From assembly GCA_948468595.1 (NCBI GenBank), contig CAOKIU010000002.1, positions 369 through 64,368 on the forward strand: 64,000 nucleotides of DNA. The letters run 5' to 3'. The position numbers and the translations under genes were made by a program. The notes beneath the pieces were generated by a model that made no database searches, was not told the DNA's origin, and saw nothing but the letters and a program-made list of their open reading frames with translations. The stretch is from an uncultured Christensenella sp. (lineage in GTDB: Bacteria > Bacillota > Clostridia > Christensenellales > UBA1750). Below are positions 38,285 through 48,307 of the stretch, one piece after another (position 1 is the first letter of the stretch; each line of letters starts with the position of its first letter).

Positions 38285-39190
38285 TCAGTCCTCGCCCAGA
38301 ATGCGCACCTCCGGCTCCAGGCGCACGCCAAACTTTTCATACACCGTGCGCTGCACAAGCGCCATCAAGTCCAGCACGTCCTTGGCAGTGGCGTCGCCGA
38401 GGTTGACCAGGAAACCGGCGTGCATCTCGGAGATCTGCGCCCCGCCCACGCGCGCGCCCTTAAGGCCCGCGTCCTGGATGAGCTTGCCGGCAAAGTATCC
38501 CTCCGGCCGCTTGAAAAAACTGCCCGCGGAGGGGAGCTTGAGCGGCTGCTTCTCGCGCCGGCGCCGGTTGTAATCCGCCATGCGCGCGGCGATCTCCTCC
38601 CGGCTGCCGGGCTCAAGGGCAAAGGTCGCCTCAAGGGCCACGGCTCCCAGGTCCATCAGCTTGGTATGGCGGTAGGACATCTCCATCTCCTCCCGGGTGA
38701 GGGAGGCGATTTCGCCCGTGGGCAGCAGCGCCCGCACGCTTTCCAGCACCTGGGAAATCTCCCCGCCATAGGCGCCCGCGTTCATGTACACGCCGCCGCC
38801 CACGCTGCCGGGTATTCCCTCGGCAAACTCCAGGCCCGCAAGGCCCGCCTCCTGCGCCGCGCATGTTACGGCGCCCATGCTCGCGCCCGCCTGGGCAAAG
38901 ACGCGCGTGCCCTCGGCGCGCACGCAGGCAAAGTCCTCCCCCAGCACCAGCACCACGCCGCGGATGCCGCCGTCGCGCACCACCAGATTGCTGCCCCGGC
39001 CGATCACCGTCAGCGGCAGCGCGCGGTCTGCGCAAAGCAGCGCGACCTGCTCCACGTCGCGTACGCTCGCGGCAAAGATCACGCAGTCCGCGCAGCCGCC
39101 CACGCGCATCGTGGTCAGCCTCTTCATGGGCACGTCCATCTCCACGCGGCCGTCAAGGTCCAGCGCCCGAAACAAATCCAAAACTTTCAC
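38285..39190 (-). CDS. murB: UDP-N-acetylenolpyruvoylglucosamine reductase
   Basis: T.RVGG, GRGSNL, GIPGSVGG..MNAGAYG, PSAGSFFK and LEPEV; GTG start. Confidence 0.95.
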   Translation of the reverse strand: MKVLDLFRALDLDGRVEMDVPMKRLTTMRVGGCADCVIFAASVRDVEQVALLCADRALPLTVIGRGSNLVVRDGGIRGVVLVLGEDFACVRAEGTRVFAQAGASMGAVTCAAQEAGLAGLEFAEGIPGSVGGGVYMNAGAYGGEISQVLESVRALLPTGEIASLTREEMEMSYRHTKLMDLGAVALEATFALEPGSREEIAARMADYNRRRREKQPLKLPSAGSFFKRPEGYFAGKLIQDAGLKGARVGGAQISEMHAGFLVNLGDATAKDVLDLMALVQRTVYEKFGVRLEPEVRILGED

Positions 39191-39280
39191 GTTCACACCT
39201 CGGTTATAATTTAAGTACAGTTTACCCCAAACCGTCCAAATTTTCAAGAAGAACTCGCATGGCCGCGCGCCTGACCGGCT

Positions 39281-40318
39281 CTAGCGAAAGGCCTCGGCGC
39301 ATTGAAGCTCCCCTTGCAGCGACCTTTCAATGACGCCCATTTGCGTATCCGCATCGTATACGCCCTCTACCTGTGTTGCGGGAAACAGCCCTGCCTGGGA
39401 AAGCCGCAGCTGCATCTCATCCGTCAGCAGAAAGGAAAACAGGCGGCCCGCCCACTCGGCGCGGTAGAGCGCGTCGTCTGACTTGAGGGAGTATTTGGGG
39501 TCCACCATGCCGCCCAACAGCACCTGATCGACGTATACGGGCTCCTCGGGCGTCAGGATCACGGTATCAAAGCCCTTGCCCGCGCTTTGCAGCGTCGCCA
39601 TCCGCCGCACCTCGCGTTGGGTGGCCACGTAAAAGGCATACTTCTTCTCCAACGCGAAATCCGGCCAAATCTTCGTGTGCTCGCGCTCGCTGTCGACCTT
39701 GATCCCGCTCGTCTCCCCCATCTGCTCAAAGGCCGTCAGCGGCTGGGTGTAGGGCATGGCGGGACTGGCAACGGCCAGATCCTTCTCCTTGATCAGCTCA
39801 AGCGTCTGACCCATGGTCAGGTTGGGCGACCACCCCGCGCCGTCCAACAAAGAGCGGTTGCCCAACAGGCAGTATCCGCCCATGGCCAGGGGCACGGCGT
39901 ACCGCTCGCCGCCCACGCTCCCCAGCTCCGACAGGCCGGGCTTGACCGCGGCCGCGCCGCGCATGCGCGTGAGCAAATCCTGCGGGCGGTTGAACACGCC
40001 CGCGCCAAAGAGCAAAATGTCGGGCAAATTGCCCGCGGCCGCGCCGGTGAGCACGCCCTCCTGCGTCATCTCCCGGAGGGAGACCAGCACGTTGCCCTCC
40101 TGCTTCTCAAAATCGCGGCTGCATGCGCCCAGCCAGCCGTTGAGGTTCAACGTGGGAAAGGACGGCACCACCGCCACCGACAGCACGCCCTCCCAGACGG
40201 GTTTGGGGGGCTTGAGCTTTTCCTTGACATCCACCACCGCCGTCTGCGCCGCCCAGGGCGCGGCAAGCATCACCGCCGCCAGCATCAACAGCGCAAAAAA
40301 CCGGCCTGCCCGCTTCAT
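39281..40318 (-). CDS. Membrane-anchored protein resembling an extracellular solute-binding protein
   Basis: N-terminal hydrophobic signal; FEKQ..V.V, PDIL and YAVPLAMGGY.L..N, typical of SBP family 1. Confidence 0.6.
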   Translation of the reverse strand: MKRAGRFFALLMLAAVMLAAPWAAQTAVVDVKEKLKPPKPVWEGVLSVAVVPSFPTLNLNGWLGACSRDFEKQEGNVLVSLREMTQEGVLTGAAAGNLPDILLFGAGVFNRPQDLLTRMRGAAAVKPGLSELGSVGGERYAVPLAMGGYCLLGNRSLLDGAGWSPNLTMGQTLELIKEKDLAVASPAMPYTQPLTAFEQMGETSGIKVDSEREHTKIWPDFALEKKYAFYVATQREVRRMATLQSAGKGFDTVILTPEEPVYVDQVLLGGMVDPKYSLKSDDALYRAEWAGRLFSFLLTDEMQLRLSQAGLFPATQVEGVYDADTQMGVIERSLQGELQCAEAFR

Positions 40319-40421
40319 GTACATCCCTCCCTCCACCAGTATAGGAGGGAGGCGGGCGGGATATGCCGCCTCGCCGCAAGATCGCGCGCAAAAACCTGGG
40401 CGGTATTCCCGCTGCGCATGC

Positions 40422-40479
40422 AAACAGCGCGGGCAGCGCACTTGGAGCGTTTGCTCCAAACGCGCTGCCCGCGCTGTTT
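40422..40479. terminator. Long hairpin after the ABC operon
   Basis: AAACAGCGCGGGCAGCGC-AC-TTGGAGC-GTTT-GCTCCAA-AC-GCGCTGCCCGCGCTGTTT. Confidence 0.7.
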
Positions 40480-40548
40480 CGTCCCATGTTCGTTTGCAGG
40501 CGAGTCCCAGGCAAGTTCACAGGCGCTTTTGCTACCTGTCCGCGCCCG

Positions 40549-41889
40549 TCACTCGTTGCGAATGGCGGCCAAGGCGCTCAAGCGCATGGCGCGCTGGGAG
40601 GGATACAGGCCCGCCATGACGCCCACCAGAATGGAGAAGAGCAGGGCGCCCAGGGCCAGGTAGGGCGGGATCACCGAGCGGAAGGATTCCTCCGCGCCGT
40701 TGGCGGTGATGAGGGTGTTGATCAGCGAGGAGAGCCCGTAGCTGATGCCCAGGCCCATGATGCCTCCGCCCAGGCCGATGATGCCGGCCTCGGTCAGGAA
40801 CATGGCGCCGATCTTGCTCATCTTGCAGCCCAGCACCTTCATCACGCCGATCTCGCGCGTGCGCTCGTAGATGGACATGAGCATGGTGTTGCAGATGGAG
40901 ATAGCCGCCACCAGCATGGCCACGCCGCCGATGCCGCCCAGCATCAATTGCAGGGACTTGGAGGATTCCTGCATCTGCTTAATCATGTCCGCCATGGACC
41001 AGCAGGAAAGGCCCATCTCCTCAATCTGCTTCTGCACGCCGGAGACGTTGTTGAAGTCGTCCACCTTGACCACGGCGCTGGGGTACTCGTCGGTCTTCAT
41101 GCCGCTGTTGGTGAAGACCTTCTTGTACTTTTTCATGATGTTCTTCATGGTTTCCAGCGAGCAGTACATGTTGTAGCCGCCCTCACCGCCGTCGGCCGGG
41201 ACGATGCCCACCACGCGGCCCTTAAACTCGTAAACCTTGGGGTTGCCGTCGTCGTCGACGTTGTTGTAGTCGTTGAGCTTTACGGTGTATTTGGCGTTGA
41301 GCCAGTCCAGGTCCGGCGCCTCGCCGTCCCATCGGTTGGACTTGGGGTTGCGGAAGCTTCTTTTTACGCTCTCGCCCATGAGGATTTCAATGGTATCCGG
41401 CGAGGCGTTCCTGGAAAAATAGCTGCCCTCCGAAAGCTTGATGCCCATGGCCTCCGCCGCCTCGGGGTTGATGGCCAAAAGCGAGTAGTAGCTCACCAGC
41501 TTGCCGGTGCCCACCTGCATGTTCCAAATGTCCAATTTGGGCGATGCCACGGTGACATGCTCCAGCTGGCTGATCTTGCGCATGGCCGAATCGTCCAGCT
41601 TGATGGCCTTAACCTGTTTGCTGTCGGAGCTTGAAGCACTTCCATTTACAGAGACGATGACATAGCCCCCGCCTCCGCCGTAATAGGTGTTGGAATTGAC
41701 GTTGATGGTGGTCAGCTCGCCGGTGGCGGCCAGGGAGTCTATATAGCCCTGGTTGATGCCGATGCCAAGGCTAACCATGACCACAATCGAGGCCGTGCCG
41801 ATCATCACGCCCACCATCGTCAGGACCGAGCGCAGCTTGCGCCGCCAAAGGTTGGTGGCCGAGAGCTTGATCAGATCAATCCATTTCAT
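40549..41889 (-). CDS. ABC transporter permease, MacB/FtsX family
   Basis: RKLRSVLT, large extracellular domain, ERTREIGVMK and GLYP..RA. Confidence 0.92.
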   Translation of the reverse strand: MKWIDLIKLSATNLWRRKLRSVLTMVGVMIGTASIVVMVSLGIGINQGYIDSLAATGELTTINVNSNTYYGGGGGYVIVSVNGSASSSDSKQVKAIKLDDSAMRKISQLEHVTVASPKLDIWNMQVGTGKLVSYYSLLAINPEAAEAMGIKLSEGSYFSRNASPDTIEILMGESVKRSFRNPKSNRWDGEAPDLDWLNAKYTVKLNDYNNVDDDGNPKVYEFKGRVVGIVPADGGEGGYNMYCSLETMKNIMKKYKKVFTNSGMKTDEYPSAVVKVDDFNNVSGVQKQIEEMGLSCWSMADMIKQMQESSKSLQLMLGGIGGVAMLVAAISICNTMLMSIYERTREIGVMKVLGCKMSKIGAMFLTEAGIIGLGGGIMGLGISYGLSSLINTLITANGAEESFRSVIPPYLALGALLFSILVGVMAGLYPSQRAMRLSALAAIRNE

Positions 41890-43390
41890 CGTCTTCCACC
41901 TTCGCCTTCTTGCGCTTGCGCGCAATGACGAGGACGACGATCACAACCGCGGCCGCGACCCCGCCGCCGATGACGAACCACGCCCATGTCGGGAATCCGC
42001 CCGCGGGCTGGCCCATGCCGCCGACCTCCATCATGTTGCCGTCGTCCACGGGTTCCATGGGCATATCGTCATACCCCATGTCCATGGACGCGACGTTGAC
42101 GGTGATGGGCGTGCGCTTTTCGGTGACGTTGCCCTCGGCGTCCTCATAGGTGACGACGATTTCGCCATCCACCTGTCCGCTGGCCTCCTCGGTGGGGGTG
42201 ACCATGACGTCATAGCTCTTGCTGGAGCCGGAGTCCATGTTGCCGGCGTAATAGTTCTCGTCCGCCTTCAAGCCATCGCTCTCCAGGTGAACCGAGACGT
42301 TGTAAAGCGTGGATTTACCCTTGTTGTACAGGCTCATCATCAGGTTAAAGCTGTCGCCCTGATAGACCTCCACAGGGTAGTTGGGCGCGTCCAGGGAGAG
42401 GTTGGCCACCTGCTTTACCGGCATGGAGAAGGTATCGGCGGACTTCTTCGCCGTCTTATCCTGCACAAAGTCGTTGGAGAGGGTCAGCTCCACCGGCTGC
42501 ACGCCCGCAGTCGCCGTGGCCTTTAGGCGCATGGTGTATTCCGCGGTCTCCCCCGCGGCGATCTTTTCGATAAAGAAGCTGGATGCGCCGTTTACAGGGT
42601 TGATGGTCTTGTTGGCCTCCGTCAGGGTGGACTTGACGTCCGTGACCGCCTTGGAGGAGGTGTTGCGGATTTTAAGCGTCAGATCGAACTCATCGCCCGC
42701 GGTGATCTCCTGGGGGTTTAAGGTGTAGCCTTCCAGCAGGAGGATCGCCGTGGAGGGATCGGTGGAGGGGTCCGAAGGCTGGGTCGTCTCGGTCGGCTTC
42801 TTGCCGTGGCGGATCTCAACGTATGTGGTGATGGTGGTTTCCGCGGGTTTGGTTTCCTGCAAATTGGTGTTGGCGTAGAGGTGGTAGACCTTAAACGTGA
42901 TGGGGTAGTAGCCGTTCACGGCGTCGCTTTTGACGGTGAAAGGATACTTAAAATAGGTGGCTACGACTTCTCCGTCCGCATTTTTCTCTTCCATCAGGTC
43001 GCCCAGCTCCTGAACATAGGAAGAGTATTCCAGCTTAAAGGGGAAGCTCTTGGGGTCATCGGGAATCTGCGGCTCGATGCGCAGATACGAGATGGGCGCG
43101 TCCCTGAGGTTGCTGTTGCCCTGATAGGCAAGGTAGAGATCCAGCGTCACCTTGCCGTCAGAGGAGTCCTTTGCAATTTCCTTTTTGAGCAGGGTGATGT
43201 CGTAAATGGTTTGCAGCTGCGATTTGTCAATATCCTGCGTGACGTATCCCGTCCAAGGATCGCTGTTCGTCGGCGACGGCTTGGGCGACGTGGTGTCCCC
43301 GTCCCCTGTGGCCAGGGCGGTGTTTACGTTCAATGCAATGACCATCAGTAGGGTCAGCATGAGGGCGAGCGGTTTCATCAGGCGTTTCAT
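41876..43390 (-). CDS. COG1361/S-layer-like Ig-domain membrane-anchored protein
   Basis: Signal peptide, repeated G..F.L...I.N Ig-like modules, and a C-terminal TM with a basic tail; sits in the ABC operon. Confidence 0.75.
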   Translation of the reverse strand: MKRLMKPLALMLTLLMVIALNVNTALATGDGDTTSPKPSPTNSDPWTGYVTQDIDKSQLQTIYDITLLKKEIAKDSSDGKVTLDLYLAYQGNSNLRDAPISYLRIEPQIPDDPKSFPFKLEYSSYVQELGDLMEEKNADGEVVATYFKYPFTVKSDAVNGYYPITFKVYHLYANTNLQETKPAETTITTYVEIRHGKKPTETTQPSDPSTDPSTAILLLEGYTLNPQEITAGDEFDLTLKIRNTSSKAVTDVKSTLTEANKTINPVNGASSFFIEKIAAGETAEYTMRLKATATAGVQPVELTLSNDFVQDKTAKKSADTFSMPVKQVANLSLDAPNYPVEVYQGDSFNLMMSLYNKGKSTLYNVSVHLESDGLKADENYYAGNMDSGSSKSYDVMVTPTEEASGQVDGEIVVTYEDAEGNVTEKRTPITVNVASMDMGYDDMPMEPVDDGNMMEVGGMGQPAGGFPTWAWFVIGGGVAAAVVIVVLVIARKRKKAKVEDDEMD

Positions 43391-44118
43391 GCGGGTTCCT
43401 CCTCCGTGTTTTCGGGTGCTTTATTTTTTTCGCGCTGGTCCACGATGTCCACGATCAGACCATCCAGAATGTTGACCACGCGATCCGCGTGCTCGGCAAC
43501 GGAGGGATCGTGCGTGACCATGACCAGGGTGTGCCCGTCTCTGCGGGAAATCTGCTGGATCAAGCCCAGGATCTCCTCGCTGGTGCGGCTGTCCAGGTTG
43601 CCGGTGGGCTCGTCGGCGAAGATGACCTCCGGATTGGCCACCAACGCGCGCGCAATGCCCACGCGCTGCTGCTGGCCGCCGCTCATCTGCGACGGCCGGT
43701 GGTTGATGTGCGTCTTAAGTCCCAAGTCCCTGAGCATGCTGGCCGCCGCGGCCTTGCGCTTGCGCGTCCCCACGCCGCGATAGACCAGCGGCATGGTCAC
43801 ATTCTCCAGCGCCGTCATGGACGGGAACAGGTTAAACTGCTGAAAGATGAATCCCACATGCTTTAGCCGGAAGTTCACCAACTGCTTCTCGCTCATCTTT
43901 TCCAGATGCTCGCCCGCAATGACGATGCTGCCCTTGGAGGGCTTCTCCAATCCCGCCATCATGTTCAGAAGCGTGGATTTGCCGCTGCCCGAGCGGCCGA
44001 TGATGCACACGAATTCCCCCGGGTAGATGTCCAGGTCTATCCCGTTGAGCGCGCGCACCCGCTCTTCCCCCACGTGATAGACCTTTTTCAGCCCCCGTAT
44101 GCGGATGATCGGCTCCAA
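43387..44118 (-). CDS. ABC transporter ATP-binding protein (LolD/MacB-type)
   Basis: GRSGSGKST, MSGGQQQR, DEPTGNLD and VTHD. Confidence 0.95.
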   Translation of the reverse strand: MEPIIRIRGLKKVYHVGEERVRALNGIDLDIYPGEFVCIIGRSGSGKSTLLNMMAGLEKPSKGSIVIAGEHLEKMSEKQLVNFRLKHVGFIFQQFNLFPSMTALENVTMPLVYRGVGTRKRKAAAASMLRDLGLKTHINHRPSQMSGGQQQRVGIARALVANPEVIFADEPTGNLDSRTSEEILGLIQQISRRDGHTLVMVTHDPSVAEHADRVVNILDGLIVDIVDQREKNKAPENTEEEPA

Positions 44119-44406
44119 TTTCCTACCTCCCTTGCCTCCCCAAGAGCCTCCCCTTGGACCTTCTTTGTCTATTCTTAGACGATACAGCCCCTAAAAAGTT
44201 TCTGCACAAGAAAATTTTACAAGCGGAAGAATTTCGGGAGGTGTACCATCCGTAATCATACACATAATCCTAGCACACTCCCTCGCAAAAAGGAAGGGGT
44301 TGGAACGCCTTTTCCATGTTTCATTTTGGTGAACGGACTATAGGCGCGCCTTTTGTTGAAATGCGCCCGCGCTGTGGTATAATGATATGGATAAGGAGGG
44401 CGGCGC

Positions 44407-47400
44407 ATGAGCTTTGCACATCTGCACCTGCATACGGAATACTCCCTGCTGGACGGCGCCTGTCGGATCAAGCCATTGATCAAGCGCGCCAAGGAGCTGG
44501 GCATGGAATCGCTGGCCATCACGGATCACGGCGTGATGTACGGGGTGGTGGACTTTTACGAGGAGTGCCTGAAAGAGGGCATTCATCCGGTCATCGGGTG
44601 CGAGGTCTATGTGGCGCCCGGCAGCCGGCTGGACAAGACCTCCGCCGCGCGGGAGTACGCCCACCTTGTGCTGCTGTGCGAAAATCAAACGGGCTATCAA
44701 AACTTGATCAAGCTCTGCTCCAAGGGATTCATCCAGGGCTATTATTACCGCCCGCGCATCGACATGGAGCTTCTTGAGCAGATGCATGAGGGCATTATCG
44801 CGCTTTCCGCCTGCCTTTCGGGCGACGTGCCCCGCCTCATCCTGCAAGGGCGCATGGACGAGGCCAAAGCCCTTGCGCTCCGCTTTGAAGCGATCATGGG
44901 CAAGGGCAACTACTTCTTGGAGGTGCAGGACCACGGGATGCGCGAGCAAAAGGTCGTGGTGCAGGGCATCCTCCAGCTCTCCAGGGAGACGGGCATTCCC
45001 GTGGTCTGCACCAACGACGTGCACTACATCCGGCAGCAGGACGCCCGGGCCCAGGAAATCCTCATGTGCATTCAGACGGGCAAAAAGCTGATGGATCAGG
45101 ACCGCATGCGCATGGAGACGGACCAGCTCTACCTCAAGTCCGAGCAGGAGATGCGCGCGGTGTTCCCGCAGCTGGAGGACGCCATCGAGCGCACCGGGGA
45201 AATTGCCAAGCGCTGCAACGTCGCCTTTGAATTCGGCCACTATCACCTGCCCGACTTCCCCGTCCCCAACGGCGAGCCGCATGAGGCGTATCTGCACAGG
45301 CTCTGCCTGGAGGGCGCGGCCAAGCGCTACGGCGCGGTGGAGGGCGAGGTCAAGGAGCGCCTGGAATACGAGTTCTCCATGATCTGCCGCATGGGCTATG
45401 TGGATTACTTTTTGATTGTTTGGGATTTCATCCATTACGCCCGGAGCCAGGGAATCCCCGTGGGGCCCGGAAGGGGCAGCGGCGCGGGCTCGCTGTGCGC
45501 CTATGCGCTGGGCATCACCGGCATCGACCCGCTCAAGTACAACCTCATCTTCGAGCGGTTCCTCAACCCCGAGCGCGTGTCCATGCCGGATTTTGACATC
45601 GACTTTTGCTACGAACGGCGGCAAGAGGTGATTGATTACGTCACCCGCAAGTACGGCGAGGATCGCGTCTCCCAGATCATCACCTTCGGCACCATGGCGG
45701 CGCGGGCGGTGGTGCGCGATGTCGGCCGCGTGCTGGGCATGCCCTATGCCGAGGTGGACCAGATCAGCAAAATGATTCCGAGCGACCTGAAGATGACGCT
45801 GACCAAGGCGCTGGAGATCTCCACCGAGCTTAAAAAGCTCTACGACACCAGCGACCAGGTCAAGGAATTGATCGATAACGCGCTCACCCTGGAAGGGATG
45901 CCCCGCCACGCCAGCACGCACGCGGCGGGCGTGGTCATCGGCGCGCGGCCGCTGGACGAATTCGTGCCGCTGCAAACCAACGACAACGTGATCACCACGC
46001 AGTTCAACATGACCACCGTGGAGCACCTGGGGCTGCTGAAGATGGACTTCCTGGGGCTTAGGACGCTTACGGTCATCAGCGACGCGCAGGAGATGGTGCG
46101 CGCCAGCGTGGACCCGGGCTTTGACGCCGACCGCGTGCCGGTGGATGATCCGGCCGTCTACAAGATGCTGGGCCAGGGCGATACCGACGGCGTGTTCCAG
46201 TTGGAATCGGCGGGCATGCGGCGGGTGCTGATCGATTTGCAGCCGGAGTCGCTGGAGGATATCATCGCCGTCATCTCCCTATACCGCCCCGGACCCATGC
46301 AGTCCATCCCGCGGTTTATTCAGGGCAAGAAGGACCCCGCCTCCGTCAAATACCTCTCCCCCATCCTGGAAAAATCGCTGGACGTGACCTACGGCTGCAT
46401 GGTCTATCAGGAGCAGGTCATGCAGATCGTGCGGGATGTGGCGGGCTACACGCTGGGCCGCAGCGACATGGTGCGCCGCGCCATGTCCAAGAAAAAGCGC
46501 GAGGAGATGGAGAAGGAGCGCAAGGTCTTTGTCGAGGGCTTTGTGGATGAGAGCGGCAAGGTGGTGGTGCCCGGGGCCGTGCGCCTGGGGACCAGCGCGG
46601 AGGTTGCGCTGCAAATCTTTTCGGAGATGGACTCCTTCGCGCAATACGCCTTCAACAAGTCGCACGCGGCAGCCTACGCGGTGGTCGCCTGGCAGACGGC
46701 GTATTTAAAGTGCCACTATCCCGTGCAGTTCATGGCCGCGATCCTCAATTCCGTAAACGGAAACCCCGGCAAGATCTCCGGCTTCATTCAGTATTGCCGC
46801 AAGCACGGCATCGACGTGCTGCCCCCGGATGTCAACCGCTCGCAGGCCAAGTTTTCCGTGGAGGGCAACAGCATCCGCTACGGCCTGGGCGCGGTGCGCA
46901 ACGTGGGCGGAAACGCGGTGCAGGCGATTCTCCACGGCCGCCAGGACAAGCCCTATCGTGATCTATATGATTTTGTGGAGCGCGTGGAGCTGGAGTCCAT
47001 CAACAAGCGCGTGGTGGAATCCTTAATCAAGGCTGGGGCCATGGACGAGTTCGAGGGCTATCGCACGCAGAAGCTGGCGATCTACGAGTCGCTGATGGAC
47101 GCGGAGCAGAACAAGCGCAAGAACATGATTGCCGGGCAGCTCTCCCTCTTTGGAGACGAGGGCATAGAGGCCCCGCGCGCGCCGCTTCCCAAGCTAGGGG
47201 AAATGACGCGCCGCTTGATGCTGCAATTTGAAAAGGAGATGACCGGCGTCTACATCACCGGCCATCCGCTGGACGAGTACCGCGACGCGCTGGAAAAGAT
47301 GCCCTACAACCTGCAAATCGTGAACGAATACAGCGAAGAGGAGAACTGGGAACAGTACGACCGGATGCCCATGGCGCTCAGCGGCATGATCATCGAGACG

Positions 47401-47847
47401 CGCATGAACACCACCAAATCCAACAAGCTGATGTGCTTTGTGACGCTGGAAGACCTCTACGGAAGCATCGAGTGCCTGGTCTTTCCGCGGGTGTACGAGC
47501 GGGTTTCCCGGCTGGTCCAGGTGGATTCCACCGTCACGGTTCGGGGCGCGCTGTCGCTCCGGGAGGACGAGGCGCCCAAACTCATTGTGGACGACATTTA
47601 TCCGCTCCAGTTGGATCAGCAAAAGGCCACGCCGCGCCCCCGCCGCTTCTACATCAAGGTGGAGGATCAAAAACTGATGCCGATGGTGCAGAACCTGCTC
47701 ACCGCCCACGGCGGGGACACGCCCGTGCGCGCCGTAATCGAGGGCAAGGTCTACGAGCTCCCCGCGGCTTTTCACGTCACCTGCAACGACGTGCTCGTTA
47801 AGAGCCTGGAAAACCTGTTGGGGCCGGGCACGGCAAAACTCGCTTAA
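44407..47847 (+). CDS. dnaE: DNA polymerase III alpha subunit
   Basis: PHP HLHLHTEYS, GRGSGAGS, PDFDID, KMDFLGL, FNKSH and OB fold. Confidence 0.97.
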   Translation: MSFAHLHLHTEYSLLDGACRIKPLIKRAKELGMESLAITDHGVMYGVVDFYEECLKEGIHPVIGCEVYVAPGSRLDKTSAAREYAHLVLLCENQTGYQNLIKLCSKGFIQGYYYRPRIDMELLEQMHEGIIALSACLSGDVPRLILQGRMDEAKALALRFEAIMGKGNYFLEVQDHGMREQKVVVQGILQLSRETGIPVVCTNDVHYIRQQDARAQEILMCIQTGKKLMDQDRMRMETDQLYLKSEQEMRAVFPQLEDAIERTGEIAKRCNVAFEFGHYHLPDFPVPNGEPHEAYLHRLCLEGAAKRYGAVEGEVKERLEYEFSMICRMGYVDYFLIVWDFIHYARSQGIPVGPGRGSGAGSLCAYALGITGIDPLKYNLIFERFLNPERVSMPDFDIDFCYERRQEVIDYVTRKYGEDRVSQIITFGTMAARAVVRDVGRVLGMPYAEVDQISKMIPSDLKMTLTKALEISTELKKLYDTSDQVKELIDNALTLEGMPRHASTHAAGVVIGARPLDEFVPLQTNDNVITTQFNMTTVEHLGLLKMDFLGLRTLTVISDAQEMVRASVDPGFDADRVPVDDPAVYKMLGQGDTDGVFQLESAGMRRVLIDLQPESLEDIIAVISLYRPGPMQSIPRFIQGKKDPASVKYLSPILEKSLDVTYGCMVYQEQVMQIVRDVAGYTLGRSDMVRRAMSKKKREEMEKERKVFVEGFVDESGKVVVPGAVRLGTSAEVALQIFSEMDSFAQYAFNKSHAAAYAVVAWQTAYLKCHYPVQFMAAILNSVNGNPGKISGFIQYCRKHGIDVLPPDVNRSQAKFSVEGNSIRYGLGAVRNVGGNAVQAILHGRQDKPYRDLYDFVERVELESINKRVVESLIKAGAMDEFEGYRTQKLAIYESLMDAEQNKRKNMIAGQLSLFGDEGIEAPRAPLPKLGEMTRRLMLQFEKEMTGVYITGHPLDEYRDALEKMPYNLQIVNEYSEEENWEQYDRMPMALSGMIIETRMNTTKSNKLMCFVTLEDLYGSIECLVFPRVYERVSRLVQVDSTVTVRGALSLREDEAPKLIVDDIYPLQLDQQKATPRPRRFYIKVEDQKLMPMVQNLLTAHGGDTPVRAVIEGKVYELPAAFHVTCNDVLVKSLENLLGPGTAKLA

Positions 47848-48052
47848 CATGCGCGCCATGCCCAAGCCTTTCTGCGGCACGGCGCAAAAAAAGCCGGTGC
47901 GCATCCCGGTTTCCGCACGCCCGCGGCGCGCATGAAATCAGCGAGGAAATGGGAAAAAACGGCATTAGGATTGCTTTATCCAATTTACACCTGTTTTATA
48001 ATGTGGTATAATCAGGCTGATCGGTTGGCTAAAAACGACCGAAGGGGGGAAA

Positions 48053-48259
48053 ATGATGGGGACGTGGATCGTCATCCATATGGCGCACAGCCAGCAGGAA
48101 GCGGAGCGGCTAAAGCAAAAGCTCACCGAAGAGGGCATTCTTGTGCGGCTCAAACCGGTATACAAAAATAGGCCCGCCAAGGAGAATTGCTACGAGCTAT
48201 TGGTCCTGCATTCCGAAATTGAGGCAGCGCGCGAGATTTTCCTCGAAAAGGGCTTTTGA
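48053..48259 (+). CDS. Small conserved hypothetical protein (DUF2007/P-II-like)
   Basis: W.V..MA...AE.LK..L..EGILV..YELLV..SE..AR; GGGGG RBS and upstream TGGTATAAT. Confidence 0.7.
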   Translation: MMGTWIVIHMAHSQQEAERLKQKLTEEGILVRLKPVYKNRPAKENCYELLVLHSEIEAAREIFLEKGF

Positions 48260-48307
48260 GCGAGCCTTTATGGCATAGACACAACACAGGTAAGGAGAGA
48301 AATCGAT

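Noticed and set aside
47848-47934. CATGCGCGCC...GGCGCGCATG inverted repeat after dnaE
   Set aside because: Short GC-rich arms, most simply a terminator or stability structure. No second copy seen.
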